A stretch of DNA of 64,000 nucleotides, taken from positions 2,688,001-2,752,000 of the forward strand of contig JBKAGP010000001.1 in the NCBI GenBank assembly GCA_046290465.1, given 5' to 3'. The notes below the pieces were generated by a model. It was given only the letters and a program-made list of their open reading frames with translations. It was not told where the DNA came from and searched no databases. Position numbers and translations under genes: made by a program. This document shows, one piece after another, positions 39,895-48,435 of the stretch. The stretch's first letter is position 1. Every line of letters begins with the position of its first letter. The DNA comes from Planctomycetota bacterium. Lineage in GTDB: Bacteria > Planctomycetota > UBA1135 > UBA2386.

Positions 39895-40227
39895 ATGCGT
39901 CGCGACATCCCGACGTTCGAGGAGTTCTGGCCGCTCTACCTGCTGGAGCACTCGTGCGTGCGCTGCCGCTTCGTGCACTACATCGCGGCGACCGCCGTGC
40001 TGACGATCGCCGTGACCTCGATGTGCATGAGCTGCTGGTGGCTGCTGCTGACGGCGCCGCTGGTGGCCTACGGCTTCGCCTGGTTCGGCCACTTCGTGTT
40101 CGAGAAGAACCGCCCCGCGACCTGGGTCTACCCCTGGTGGTCGCTGCGCGCCGAGTGGCGCATGTTCTTCCTCGCCATGACCCGCCGCCTCAAGCACCAC
40201 CTGCCCCCCGACAAGAACGCCCCCTGA
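39895..40227 (+). CDS. DUF962/Mpo1-like membrane protein
   Basis: FEEFWP.YL.EH, H, YGFAW.GHF.FEKNRPAT..YP.WS. Confidence 0.88.
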   Translation: MRRDIPTFEEFWPLYLLEHSCVRCRFVHYIAATAVLTIAVTSMCMSCWWLLLTAPLVAYGFAWFGHFVFEKNRPATWVYPWWSLRAEWRMFFLAMTRRLKHHLPPDKNAP

Positions 40228-40228
40228 T

Positions 40229-40297
40229 CCGGACACCGCATACCGAACCGGGCGTCAGCCTGCGCAGGATGAACCCGGTTCGGTATGCGGTGTCCGG
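40229..40297. repeat. REP-like long palindrome, copy 2
   Basis: Perfect 24-bp inverted arms 40229-40252 and 40274-40297 sharing CACCGCATACCGAACCGGG with copy 1; between convergent genes. Confidence 0.85.
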
Positions 40298-40317
40298 CGC
40301 CATCATCCATCGCGGCA

Positions 40318-43300
40318 TCAGGGCATCGAGACGTGGTCGCCGTCGCGCACGCCGTGGCCGGCCGCGACCAGCAGGTCGACGCCGCGGGCCATGACCTCGC
40401 GCACGTTGCTGCCGAGCCGCGAGATGCCGAAGCAGCGCGCGCACTCGCGCATCAGGTCTTCGGCGGCCAGGGCGTGGTGCTGCCGCAGCAGCCAGACCAT
40501 CGCGTGGGTGACCTCCACCATCGGCAGTTCCTCGGCGCTGCGCTCGCTGCGTTCGTCCTCCGGCACGCGGAAGCCACGGAACGCGGCGCGCTGCTCATCG
40601 CCGGCCCAGACGGTGTCGTGCTCGCTCTGCGATCCCGGCGGCAGCGCCGCGCGCACGCGAGCGCGCACCCTGTCGGTGACGCGCGAGACGTCCCAGGCCT
40701 CGGCGAGGCGGCGCACCAGCCGTTCGAACACCATCGGCGCCTCGACCTCGAGCATGCGGCGCACGGCGTCGACGTCGTCGCTGGCGCACGCTCCCTGGAG
40801 CAACTCGTGCGGACGCGGACCGTCCGGATCCGGCGGCGGAACGTGCGCGGACTCCGGTTCGCCGTCGTTCGCAGCATCCCCATCCGGCCCCTCCGGACTC
40901 TGCCGATCCTCGTCCGACGCGTCCTGGTCCCCCGAATCCCGGCACGACGGATCCCGGAGCAACGGATCCCGAAGTGACGAACCCTCGGGCGACGCATCCT
41001 CGCCCACCGCTCGGTCCGGTTCCGAAGACGCCCCCGGCGCCGGCTCGTCCGCGCCATCCGCCTCGCCGATCACCGCCGCGCCGGCCAGCCTGGGTTCGTC
41101 GGCCCGCGCCCGCGCCGCCGTCTCGGCGCGCTGCGCTTCCTCTTCGACGCGCGCCTGCTCGATCAGGACCTCGAGCCGCTCGAGTTCGCCGTCCGCGTCC
41201 TGCCAGTAGTCGGTCGACCAGACCCGCACCAGCCGCCAGCCGAGCCCGCGCAGCACCGCCGCGCGCAGCCGGTCGCGGTCGCGCGCGGTGGCCGCACGGT
41301 GGTAGGTCGCGCCATCGCACTCGATGCCGAGCAGGTAGCTGCCGGGCCGCGCCGGATCCTCGACCGCGAGGTCGATGCGATAGCCGCTGCAGCCGATCTG
41401 CGTGTGCACGGTGTGGCCGCGCGCGACCAGGGCGTCGCGCACCGACGCCTCGAACGGCGAGTCGACGTCGCGCGACGGGTCGCGTTCGATCGCGCCGACC
41501 AGCGCCGCCTCACCGCGCAGCGCGTAGTCGAGGAAGTGCCGCAGGTGCCGCGCTCCGGTCGCCGTCGAACGGTTCGCGACCTGCTCCGGACCGACCGACG
41601 AGAACACGACCAGCTCGCGGCGCGCCCGCGTCACGGCGACGTTGAGGCGACGCTCGCCACCCTGCAGGTTGAGCGGACCGTAGTTCTCGTAGACCTTGCC
41701 GGCCGCGTCCGGGCCGTAGCAGATCGAGAACAGGATCACGTCGCGCTCGTCCCCCTGCACGTTCTCGAGGTTCTTGACGAACAACTCCTCGTCGGCCTCG
41801 GCGAGCACCGTGTCGAGCGACGGATCGGCGCGCCGTTCGGCGTCGAGCAGATCCTCGATCAGGCTCTGCTGCGCGCGCGAGAACGTCACGATGCCGATGC
41901 TGCGGCGGGCGAGTTCCGGATCGCGCAGGCGACGCACGACGGCTGCGACCAGCGCCTCGGCCTCGGCCTTGTTCTGCTGCGACGCGGCGCGGTCGTAGAC
42001 GCCGTCGACGCGCACGCAGCGCACCCCGGCGCCGTCGTCGGCCGGCTCCGGTGCTGGGAACGTCAACAGCCGGTTCTGGTAGTAGTGGTGGTTGCTGAAC
42101 GCGATCAGCGACTCGTGCCGGCTGCGGTAGTGCCAGTCGAGGTGCATGCGCGGCAGGCCGGCCGCGGCGCACTCGTCGAGCACGCTCTCGAGGTCCTCGG
42201 GCACGTCGTCGACCTCGACGTCGTCGTCCGACGCGACCCGCTGGAAGAAGCTCGTCGGCGGCAGCTGCTTGCTGTCGCCGACGACGATCAGCGATTCGCC
42301 GCGGCCGATCGCACCGACCGCGTCCCACATCGGAATCTGCGAGGCCTCGTCGAACACCACCAGGTCGAAGCGCTGCGCGTCCCGATCGAGGAACTGCGCG
42401 ACCGACAGCGGGCTCATCAGCACGCACGGCGACAGCCGCGGCCACAGCCCGCGGATCTCGGCCAGCAGCCGACGCACCGGCTTGTGCCGCCGCTGCTTCT
42501 TGAGCTCCCGCTCGAGGATGCCCAGCTCGCTGCTCGCGACCTGCGTATCGCGAAGGCGCGGCAGCTTGGCGGCGAGCCGCGCGACCACGACCTTGGCGCC
42601 GAGTTCGATCGCCTTGCGGTCGAGTTCGGCGAACCGCGCGATCGCCGCCTCGTGGTCCTGACCGCGGAACCGCGCCAGCTCCGGCTCCTGCTGGTGCACG
42701 AGGTCCAGCCAGCCCTCATAGACGCTGCGGTCGAACGCCGCCCGCAGCTCGCGCGCCAGCAGTTCGCCGCTCGCGTGCGCTGTGACCAGCGCGCCGAGGT
42801 GCGCCTGCTCGGCCGCCGCTGCGGCGCGGCGATAGGCACACTGGTCGCGCAGCCCGGCCTCGTGGCGCAGCCAGCCTTCGACGCGCTGCGACACGCGGTC
42901 CAGATAGCCGGGCTCGACGTCGACACCAAACGCCTGCTCGAGGTCGAGGTCCAGGTGCTGCCCCACCTGCTGCCGCGCCGCCGCGAACTCGTCGTGCGCG
43001 GCGAACAGCTCCCCGCACAGCTGCGGCAGCGGACTCGCGCCGTCGTGCTGCGCGTCGACGTGCGTGGCGAGCGTCGCGAGCAGCTGCGCATCGGGCTGCA
43101 GCGAACCCGGCAGCAGCCGCAGCACCAGCTGGCGCAGTTCGCGGGCCTGCCGCAGCCAGCCGTCGACGGCGCCCCAGTCGGCGAGCCCGTCGCGCCAGTG
43201 GCTGCCGAGCCCGGTCGCCGCGGTCGCACAGCCGCGCAGTTCGCGCTCCTCATCGCGCACCCGCAGCGCCCGTTCGAGGTCGTCGCGGATCGACGCCGGC

Positions 43301-46300
43301 GCGCCGAGCGGTCCGGCCGCGACGCCGGCGAGCACCGGCTTGAGCTTGCGCAGGCGCCACCAGCGGAACACGAAGAACGTCTCCGCGTGCATCCGGTAGC
43401 TGGCGGCGAACGAGCCCAGGTCGAGCGCCAGCAGGTCGCGACGCCAGCGCGGCTCGAGCTGGGACCACAGGTCGTCGCGACGCCGGCCGATCGCGATGGC
43501 GCGCTCGAGGTCCTCGTCGAACTCGCGCCAGTCCGGCAGCCGCAGCCACGACGCCGGCGGCAGCGACGGCGCCTGCAGCGCACGCAGCAGCGCCAGCAGC
43601 GTCAACAGCTGTTCGTGGCTCGGGCCGACCTCGCCGAACGCCGCCTGCAGCGACAGCGCGTCGACGAGCGGCTGCACCGTGACGCGCAGGCCGTCGACCG
43701 CGCGCTGCAGCCGTTCGGCCATCGGGCGGAAGTCGCGCGTCACCGCCGGCGTCCAGTCGCCGCGCCGCACGCCCCACCACGGCGCCTGGTCGGGCACGCC
43801 GAGCGACGCGGACGCGACCACCAGCGCACCGACCGCCTCGCGCGCCGTCGCGACGACCTCGGGCGTGCTCGCCAGCAGCTCCGGCAGCGGCAGGCGCGTC
43901 GCGTCGCGCAGCTGCACCAGCTGCGACATCGCCTGGTGCACCGACCAACCGTGTTCGCGGCGGCGGTGCAGCGCGTGCACGAAGTCGTTGAGCTCGCCGC
44001 GCTGCGTCTGCAGCCGATCGGCGACGTCCTGCCACTCCTCGGGCGCGCGCCGGTAGCCGAGTTCGAGCGTCATGCGCAGCTGCTCGAGCACCGCCTTCGG
44101 GCCGCTCTTGGTCGAGTGCAGCTCGAGACAGAACGGCCCGAGGCCGACGTCGGCGAGACGGTGGTGCACGACCTCCAGCGCGGCCCGCTTCTCGGCGACG
44201 AACAGCACCCGCTTGCCGTTGGCGAGGCTCTGCGCAATCAGGTTGGTGATCGTCTGCGACTTGCCGGTGCCGGGCGGGCCCTCGAGCACGAACGACCGGC
44301 CGGCGCTGCCGGCCATCACCGCCGACAGCTGCGAGCTGTCGGCATCCTTGGGACAGAACACCTCGCTCGGGTCGAGCTCGTCGAGTTCCTCGCGCGGGAA
44401 CGCCCCGACCTCCTGCGGCAGCGCCGCACCGGGCGCCTCGATCAGGTGCCGCAGCACCGCGCTCTGCAGCAGCTCGTCCCGGTTCTTGAGGTCGAGCCAC
44501 ATCAGGTACTTGGTGAACGAGAAGAAGCCGAGGTGGGCGACGTCCTCGACCTCCCACCGCGGCATCGCCAGCGCCGTGCGGCGGAACACGTCGAGCACCT
44601 TGCCGACGTCGACGCCACGTTCGTCCTCCGGCAGCGGGTCGCCGATCGGCACCGACAGATCGAAGTCGCGCTCGAGCAGCTGCAGCAGCGTCGTGTTGAC
44701 GCGCACCTCGGCGTCGTCCATCACGAACCGGTAGCCCTCCTGCACCGACAGGCGTTCGATCACGATCGGCACCAGCAGCAGCGGCGCCCGCCGCGGCTTC
44801 TGCGACGAGTCGCTCTCGAACCAGCGCAGGAAGCCGAGAGAGAGGTAGAGCGTGTTGGCGCCGCTCTCCTCGATCGACGTGCGCGCGTGGCGGAAGATCT
44901 CGGTAAGCCGGGTGTCGAGCGCGTCGTGGTCGAGTTCGCAGCGCCAGCGGCCGGCGCGCAGCTCCTCGGCCAGGTACTCGGCGACCACGTCGGTGCCGGT
45001 GCGCTGCGACTCCAGCTCGAGGTCGCGCGGATCGTCGTCGGCGCCGAGCCGCGGCTTCGCGTGCAGCCGCATGCGCGCGCCCGACTGCAGGCGGTCCTCG
45101 ATCGCGCCGAGGTCGTGGCCGCTCAGCCGCACCGTCTTCTTGGTCTCGACGAAGTTCAGCAGCCGGTTGAACATCGACAGGTCGAGCAGCTTGTGCTGCC
45201 AGTGCTCGAGCCGGTCGCGGGCGTGGTTGGCGGGCGGCGGCGGCAGCTCGACCGGCGTCGGCAACGCGGCAGCCGGCACCGGTGCGCCGGGCTCGAGCAG
45301 TTCGATCGCGTCGGCCTCGGAGCCTTCGACGGTGCGATAGGCCGAGGTGCGCAGCGGCAGCGGCCGCATGCCGACCCGGCGAGCCGCGGCGATGTCGACC
45401 GCGACGCAGAACGCCTGCTCGTCGTCGAGGCGCTGGTCGCCGGCGGCGCGAGCACGCTGCGGCGACTGCGGCGGCACGACGCAGGCGACCGTCGACTCGA
45501 TCACCACCGCGACGCCGGCCTTGACCGCCTTGCGCAGTTCGAGTGCGGAGCCGAACGTCGGTTCGTCCAGCGACTGCCGTTCGACCCAGCAGCCGACCAG
45601 CGCATGGCCGCGCTGCACGATCACGAACGGATCGAGGCCGATGTGCTCACACAGCGCCGCGTAGAGCAGCGCCAGGTCGAGGCAGGTGCCCAGCCGTTCG
45701 CCGACGACCTGCTCCGGCAACCGGACCTTCTGGCCGACCTCCTCGAAGCTCGGCGGCGGGCTGACGTAGCGCACCCCGATCGACGAGACCGCCACGTGCA
45801 CGGCATCGAGCGTCGCGCGCACGCGCTCGGGATCGCCCTTCTGGTAGCCGTCGAGCGCGCCGTCGCCGGTCGCCCGTTCGAGCCGTTCTGCGACCGCGTG
45901 CAGCACCGGCGACAGCGCCGGATGGTTCGGCGACACGAACGCGGCCAGCAGCGACGGCAGCGCCTCGAGCCCCGGCCATTCGTTGTAGGCGAGCACGTCG
46001 ATCGGTTGCGTGCGCTGCGCCAGCACGTCGTCGCCGTCGAGCACCTGCACGACCAGCTCGGTGCGTGCGCGTTCGAGCAGGCTGGCGAACGCGTCCGCAC
46101 GCAGCGGCAGGTCGGGTGCATCGAGTTCGAGCGACGCGCCGGCCGGCAGCGAGTCGACGCGGCACTCGACACGTTCGGAGAAGTCGACGAGCTCGACCTT
46201 GACCACGAGCTCGCGCAGCGCCTCGTCGCCGTCGTTGTGCAGCGTCAGTTGGTGCAGCCACGGGACCGCGCTCTGCTGCATCGCGTAGCACAGGCGGTCC

Positions 46301-46338
46301 GCGTGGCGGACCTCGATGGCGAGCCCGGAAGTCGTCAC
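40318..46338 (-). CDS. DUF4011 - SF1 (Upf1-like) helicase - Vsr/MTES_1575-like nuclease - DUF3320 protein (Hhe-type defence candidate)
   Basis: WQHKLLDLS.FNRLLNF (DUF4011), GPPGTGKS, FDEASQ, GD.KQLPP, HYRS, ENVQGDERD, RLNVAVTRAR, RIDLAV..GIECDG..YH. Confidence 0.9.
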   Translation of the reverse strand: MTTSGLAIEVRHADRLCYAMQQSAVPWLHQLTLHNDGDEALRELVVKVELVDFSERVECRVDSLPAGASLELDAPDLPLRADAFASLLERARTELVVQVLDGDDVLAQRTQPIDVLAYNEWPGLEALPSLLAAFVSPNHPALSPVLHAVAERLERATGDGALDGYQKGDPERVRATLDAVHVAVSSIGVRYVSPPPSFEEVGQKVRLPEQVVGERLGTCLDLALLYAALCEHIGLDPFVIVQRGHALVGCWVERQSLDEPTFGSALELRKAVKAGVAVVIESTVACVVPPQSPQRARAAGDQRLDDEQAFCVAVDIAAARRVGMRPLPLRTSAYRTVEGSEADAIELLEPGAPVPAAALPTPVELPPPPANHARDRLEHWQHKLLDLSMFNRLLNFVETKKTVRLSGHDLGAIEDRLQSGARMRLHAKPRLGADDDPRDLELESQRTGTDVVAEYLAEELRAGRWRCELDHDALDTRLTEIFRHARTSIEESGANTLYLSLGFLRWFESDSSQKPRRAPLLLVPIVIERLSVQEGYRFVMDDAEVRVNTTLLQLLERDFDLSVPIGDPLPEDERGVDVGKVLDVFRRTALAMPRWEVEDVAHLGFFSFTKYLMWLDLKNRDELLQSAVLRHLIEAPGAALPQEVGAFPREELDELDPSEVFCPKDADSSQLSAVMAGSAGRSFVLEGPPGTGKSQTITNLIAQSLANGKRVLFVAEKRAALEVVHHRLADVGLGPFCLELHSTKSGPKAVLEQLRMTLELGYRRAPEEWQDVADRLQTQRGELNDFVHALHRRREHGWSVHQAMSQLVQLRDATRLPLPELLASTPEVVATAREAVGALVVASASLGVPDQAPWWGVRRGDWTPAVTRDFRPMAERLQRAVDGLRVTVQPLVDALSLQAAFGEVGPSHEQLLTLLALLRALQAPSLPPASWLRLPDWREFDEDLERAIAIGRRRDDLWSQLEPRWRRDLLALDLGSFAASYRMHAETFFVFRWWRLRKLKPVLAGVAAGPLGAPASIRDDLERALRVRDEERELRGCATAATGLGSHWRDGLADWGAVDGWLRQARELRQLVLRLLPGSLQPDAQLLATLATHVDAQHDGASPLPQLCGELFAAHDEFAAARQQVGQHLDLDLEQAFGVDVEPGYLDRVSQRVEGWLRHEAGLRDQCAYRRAAAAAEQAHLGALVTAHASGELLARELRAAFDRSVYEGWLDLVHQQEPELARFRGQDHEAAIARFAELDRKAIELGAKVVVARLAAKLPRLRDTQVASSELGILERELKKQRRHKPVRRLLAEIRGLWPRLSPCVLMSPLSVAQFLDRDAQRFDLVVFDEASQIPMWDAVGAIGRGESLIVVGDSKQLPPTSFFQRVASDDDVEVDDVPEDLESVLDECAAAGLPRMHLDWHYRSRHESLIAFSNHHYYQNRLLTFPAPEPADDGAGVRCVRVDGVYDRAASQQNKAEAEALVAAVVRRLRDPELARRSIGIVTFSRAQQSLIEDLLDAERRADPSLDTVLAEADEELFVKNLENVQGDERDVILFSICYGPDAAGKVYENYGPLNLQGGERRLNVAVTRARRELVVFSSVGPEQVANRSTATGARHLRHFLDYALRGEAALVGAIERDPSRDVDSPFEASVRDALVARGHTVHTQIGCSGYRIDLAVEDPARPGSYLLGIECDGATYHRAATARDRDRLRAAVLRGLGWRLVRVWSTDYWQDADGELERLEVLIEQARVEEEAQRAETAARARADEPRLAGAAVIGEADGADEPAPGASSEPDRAVGEDASPEGSSLRDPLLRDPSCRDSGDQDASDEDRQSPEGPDGDAANDGEPESAHVPPPDPDGPRPHELLQGACASDDVDAVRRMLEVEAPMVFERLVRRLAEAWDVSRVTDRVRARVRAALPPGSQSEHDTVWAGDEQRAAFRGFRVPEDERSERSAEELPMVEVTHAMVWLLRQHHALAAEDLMRECARCFGISRLGSNVREVMARGVDLLVAAGHGVRDGDHVSMP

Positions 46339-46351
46339 GCCGACAACGGTA

Positions 46352-47107
46352 CTAGGAGGTCGCGCGCCGATCGAGGTGCGTGTAGCCCCCGTCCACGAAC
46401 AGGATCTGCCCAGTCGTGTGCGACGAACGCGGCGACGCCACGAACGCGACGGTGGCCGCGATCTCGCCGGCGGTGGTGAAGCGCTGGCCGAGCGGGACCG
46501 AGCGCTCGATCCGGGCCCGCTCGCCCGAGGGATCCGGCTGCGTCGCCAGCCACGACTCGTAGAGCGGCGTCCACACCTCCGCGGGCAGCACCGCGTTGAC
46601 GCGCACCCCGTCGCCAGCCAGCTCGAGCGCCCATTCGCGGGTCAGCGCCACGACGCCACCCTTGGCCGCCGCGTAGCCCGAAGTGCCGCCCTGGCCGGTG
46701 ACCGCGACCTTGGAGCCGACGTTGACGATGCTGCCGCTTGACCGCGCGAGGTGCGGCCGCGCGAGGTGCGCCATGGTGTAGACGTGCACGAGGTTCTGCT
46801 GCAGCGACGCGGCGAACGCCTCGGGCCCGGCGTCGAGGCCGACGCCGTCGTTGCGGCCGGCGTTGTTGACCAGCACGTCGATCGAACCGAACTCCATCAC
46901 CGCGTCGGCGACGGCGCGGCGGCAGGTCTCGGGGTCGGCGAGGTCGCCGCGCACGCAGTGCACGCGCGGGCCTTCCGCCGGGCACGGGTCGCGGTCGACG
47001 ACCACGACCTTCATGCCTTCGTCGACCAGCAGTTCGACGATCGCGAGACCGATGCCGCTGCTGCCGCCGGTCACCACCGCCACCTTGTCCGTCAGCCCGA
47101 GGTCCAT
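46352..47107 (-). CDS. SDR oxidoreductase (L-fucose dehydrogenase-like)
   Basis: MDLGL.DKV, TGGSSGIG, NNAG.ND.VGL, TGQG.TSGYAAAKG, TTGQ..FVDGGY.HLDR. Confidence 0.88.
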   Translation of the reverse strand: MDLGLTDKVAVVTGGSSGIGLAIVELLVDEGMKVVVVDRDPCPAEGPRVHCVRGDLADPETCRRAVADAVMEFGSIDVLVNNAGRNDGVGLDAGPEAFAASLQQNLVHVYTMAHLARPHLARSSGSIVNVGSKVAVTGQGGTSGYAAAKGGVVALTREWALELAGDGVRVNAVLPAEVWTPLYESWLATQPDPSGERARIERSVPLGQRFTTAGEIAATVAFVASPRSSHTTGQILFVDGGYTHLDRRATS

Positions 47108-47117
47108 GCCGTTCCTG

Positions 47118-47720
47118 CTACCGCCCCTCGGCGCGACGCACGAGCATCGCCGCCTCCTCGTGGAACCCGGCCGGATGCGGGATGCGGCCGAACTCGTCGG
47201 GCCACTGCCAGCGAACGTCCTCGAACAGCTCACGCATGCGCTCGATCGGGCAGTCGAACGGCGGCCCGCCCTCGGCGCCGGTCTGCATGAACAGCGCGAA
47301 CAGCGGCGCCCCGGGCTCGAGCCAGGTCGCGAGCCGCAGCTCGTAGGCCTTCCAGTGCAGCGGGTCGAGCGCGCACAGGCAGGTCTGCTCGTAGATCGCG
47401 GCGAACGGCTGCTCCGGCCGCCACGACAGCAGATCCGCCTGCACGACGTGCGCCTCGAGACCTTCTGCCGCGAGCTGCTCGCGCAGCCTCGCCACCGGCT
47501 GGTCGGCGATGTCGACGGCCGTGACGTCGCAGCCGTAGCGTACCAGCTCGACGACCTCGTGGCCGTTGCCGCAGCCCGGCACCAGCACACGCCCCTTCGG
47601 CATCGCGCCGACCGCCAGCCACGCGCGCAGCGCCGCGCTCGCCTCGCCGCGATCCCAATGGGTCCGCCCCTGCTCGTAGCGCTGCTCCCAGTCGGCGCGC
47701 CGCTCGTTGGTTTCCGTCAT
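47118..47720 (-). CDS. thiopurine S-methyltransferase-like (TPMT) protein
   Basis: W..RY..G.T.WD.G, VLVPGCG.G, YEQT.LCAL, GPPF. Confidence 0.85.
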   Translation of the reverse strand: MTETNERRADWEQRYEQGRTHWDRGEASAALRAWLAVGAMPKGRVLVPGCGNGHEVVELVRYGCDVTAVDIADQPVARLREQLAAEGLEAHVVQADLLSWRPEQPFAAIYEQTCLCALDPLHWKAYELRLATWLEPGAPLFALFMQTGAEGGPPFDCPIERMRELFEDVRWQWPDEFGRIPHPAGFHEEAAMLVRRAEGR

Positions 47721-47747
47721 CGCACGCACGTTACACTGCCGCCCCAC

Positions 47748-48194
47748 ATGGGCACCGTCGAAGCCGTCTTCCTGCGCCCGTCGGCGCGCACCCCGGTCCG
47801 TTCGGTGGACGCCGCGAACGTCCTCGCCGGCATCGGCATCGAGGGCGACCACGCCGGCGGCGGCAAGCGGCAGATCACGATCCTGTCGCGCGAAGCCTGG
47901 CAGCAGGCGTGCCGCGAACTCGGCAAGGAACTCGACCCGTCGATCCGCCGCGCCAACGTGCTGGTCTCGGGGGTCGACCTGGCCGCGACGATCGGCAGCA
48001 CGCTGCGCATCGGTGACGTCGTCATCGACGTCAACGGCGAGACGCGTCCGTGCGAACTGATGGACGACGACGGCCGGGTCGGCCTGTGCGCGACGCTGCA
48101 GCCCGATCGCCGCGGCGGCGTGCACGGCATCGTGCGCGAAGGCGGCTCGCTGCGCGTCGGGGACCCCGTCGTCGTCGAGCCGCCTGGTGCATGA
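47748..48194 (+). CDS. MOSC domain protein
   Basis: GIEGD, RQITI, RRAN..V.G, PC, RGG, GD.V. Confidence 0.85.
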   Translation: MGTVEAVFLRPSARTPVRSVDAANVLAGIGIEGDHAGGGKRQITILSREAWQQACRELGKELDPSIRRANVLVSGVDLAATIGSTLRIGDVVIDVNGETRPCELMDDDGRVGLCATLQPDRRGGVHGIVREGGSLRVGDPVVVEPPGA

Positions 48195-48321
48195 ACAGCT
48201 GCGACCGGTCCTCGACCGCGGGCATCCGCCGGGTCCCGCGGGCTCGACGACCACGGCGTGCTCGCGAACGGCATCCTGACGACGGCTTCGGTGCAGCAAG
48301 CCGGCCCACGCCTCCGCTTAC

Positions 48322-48370
48322 ATGCACTGTATCGCAGCATCCGAGCTGCGAATGATGCGATATCCTGCTT
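48322..48370. promoter_or_regulatory. putative BoxR/BzdR-type operator pair
   Basis: ATGCA-CTGTAT-CGCAG (48322-48337) and ATGCG-ATATCC-TGCTT (48355-48370), degenerate TGCA-N6-TGCA in AT-richer DNA upstream of boxC. Confidence 0.4.
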
Positions 48371-48435
48371 GCGATCAAGAGCTGAGGATCCGACACTGTT
48401 TCCCCTCACTTTCAGGCTCTCAGATCGCTGGCCGC

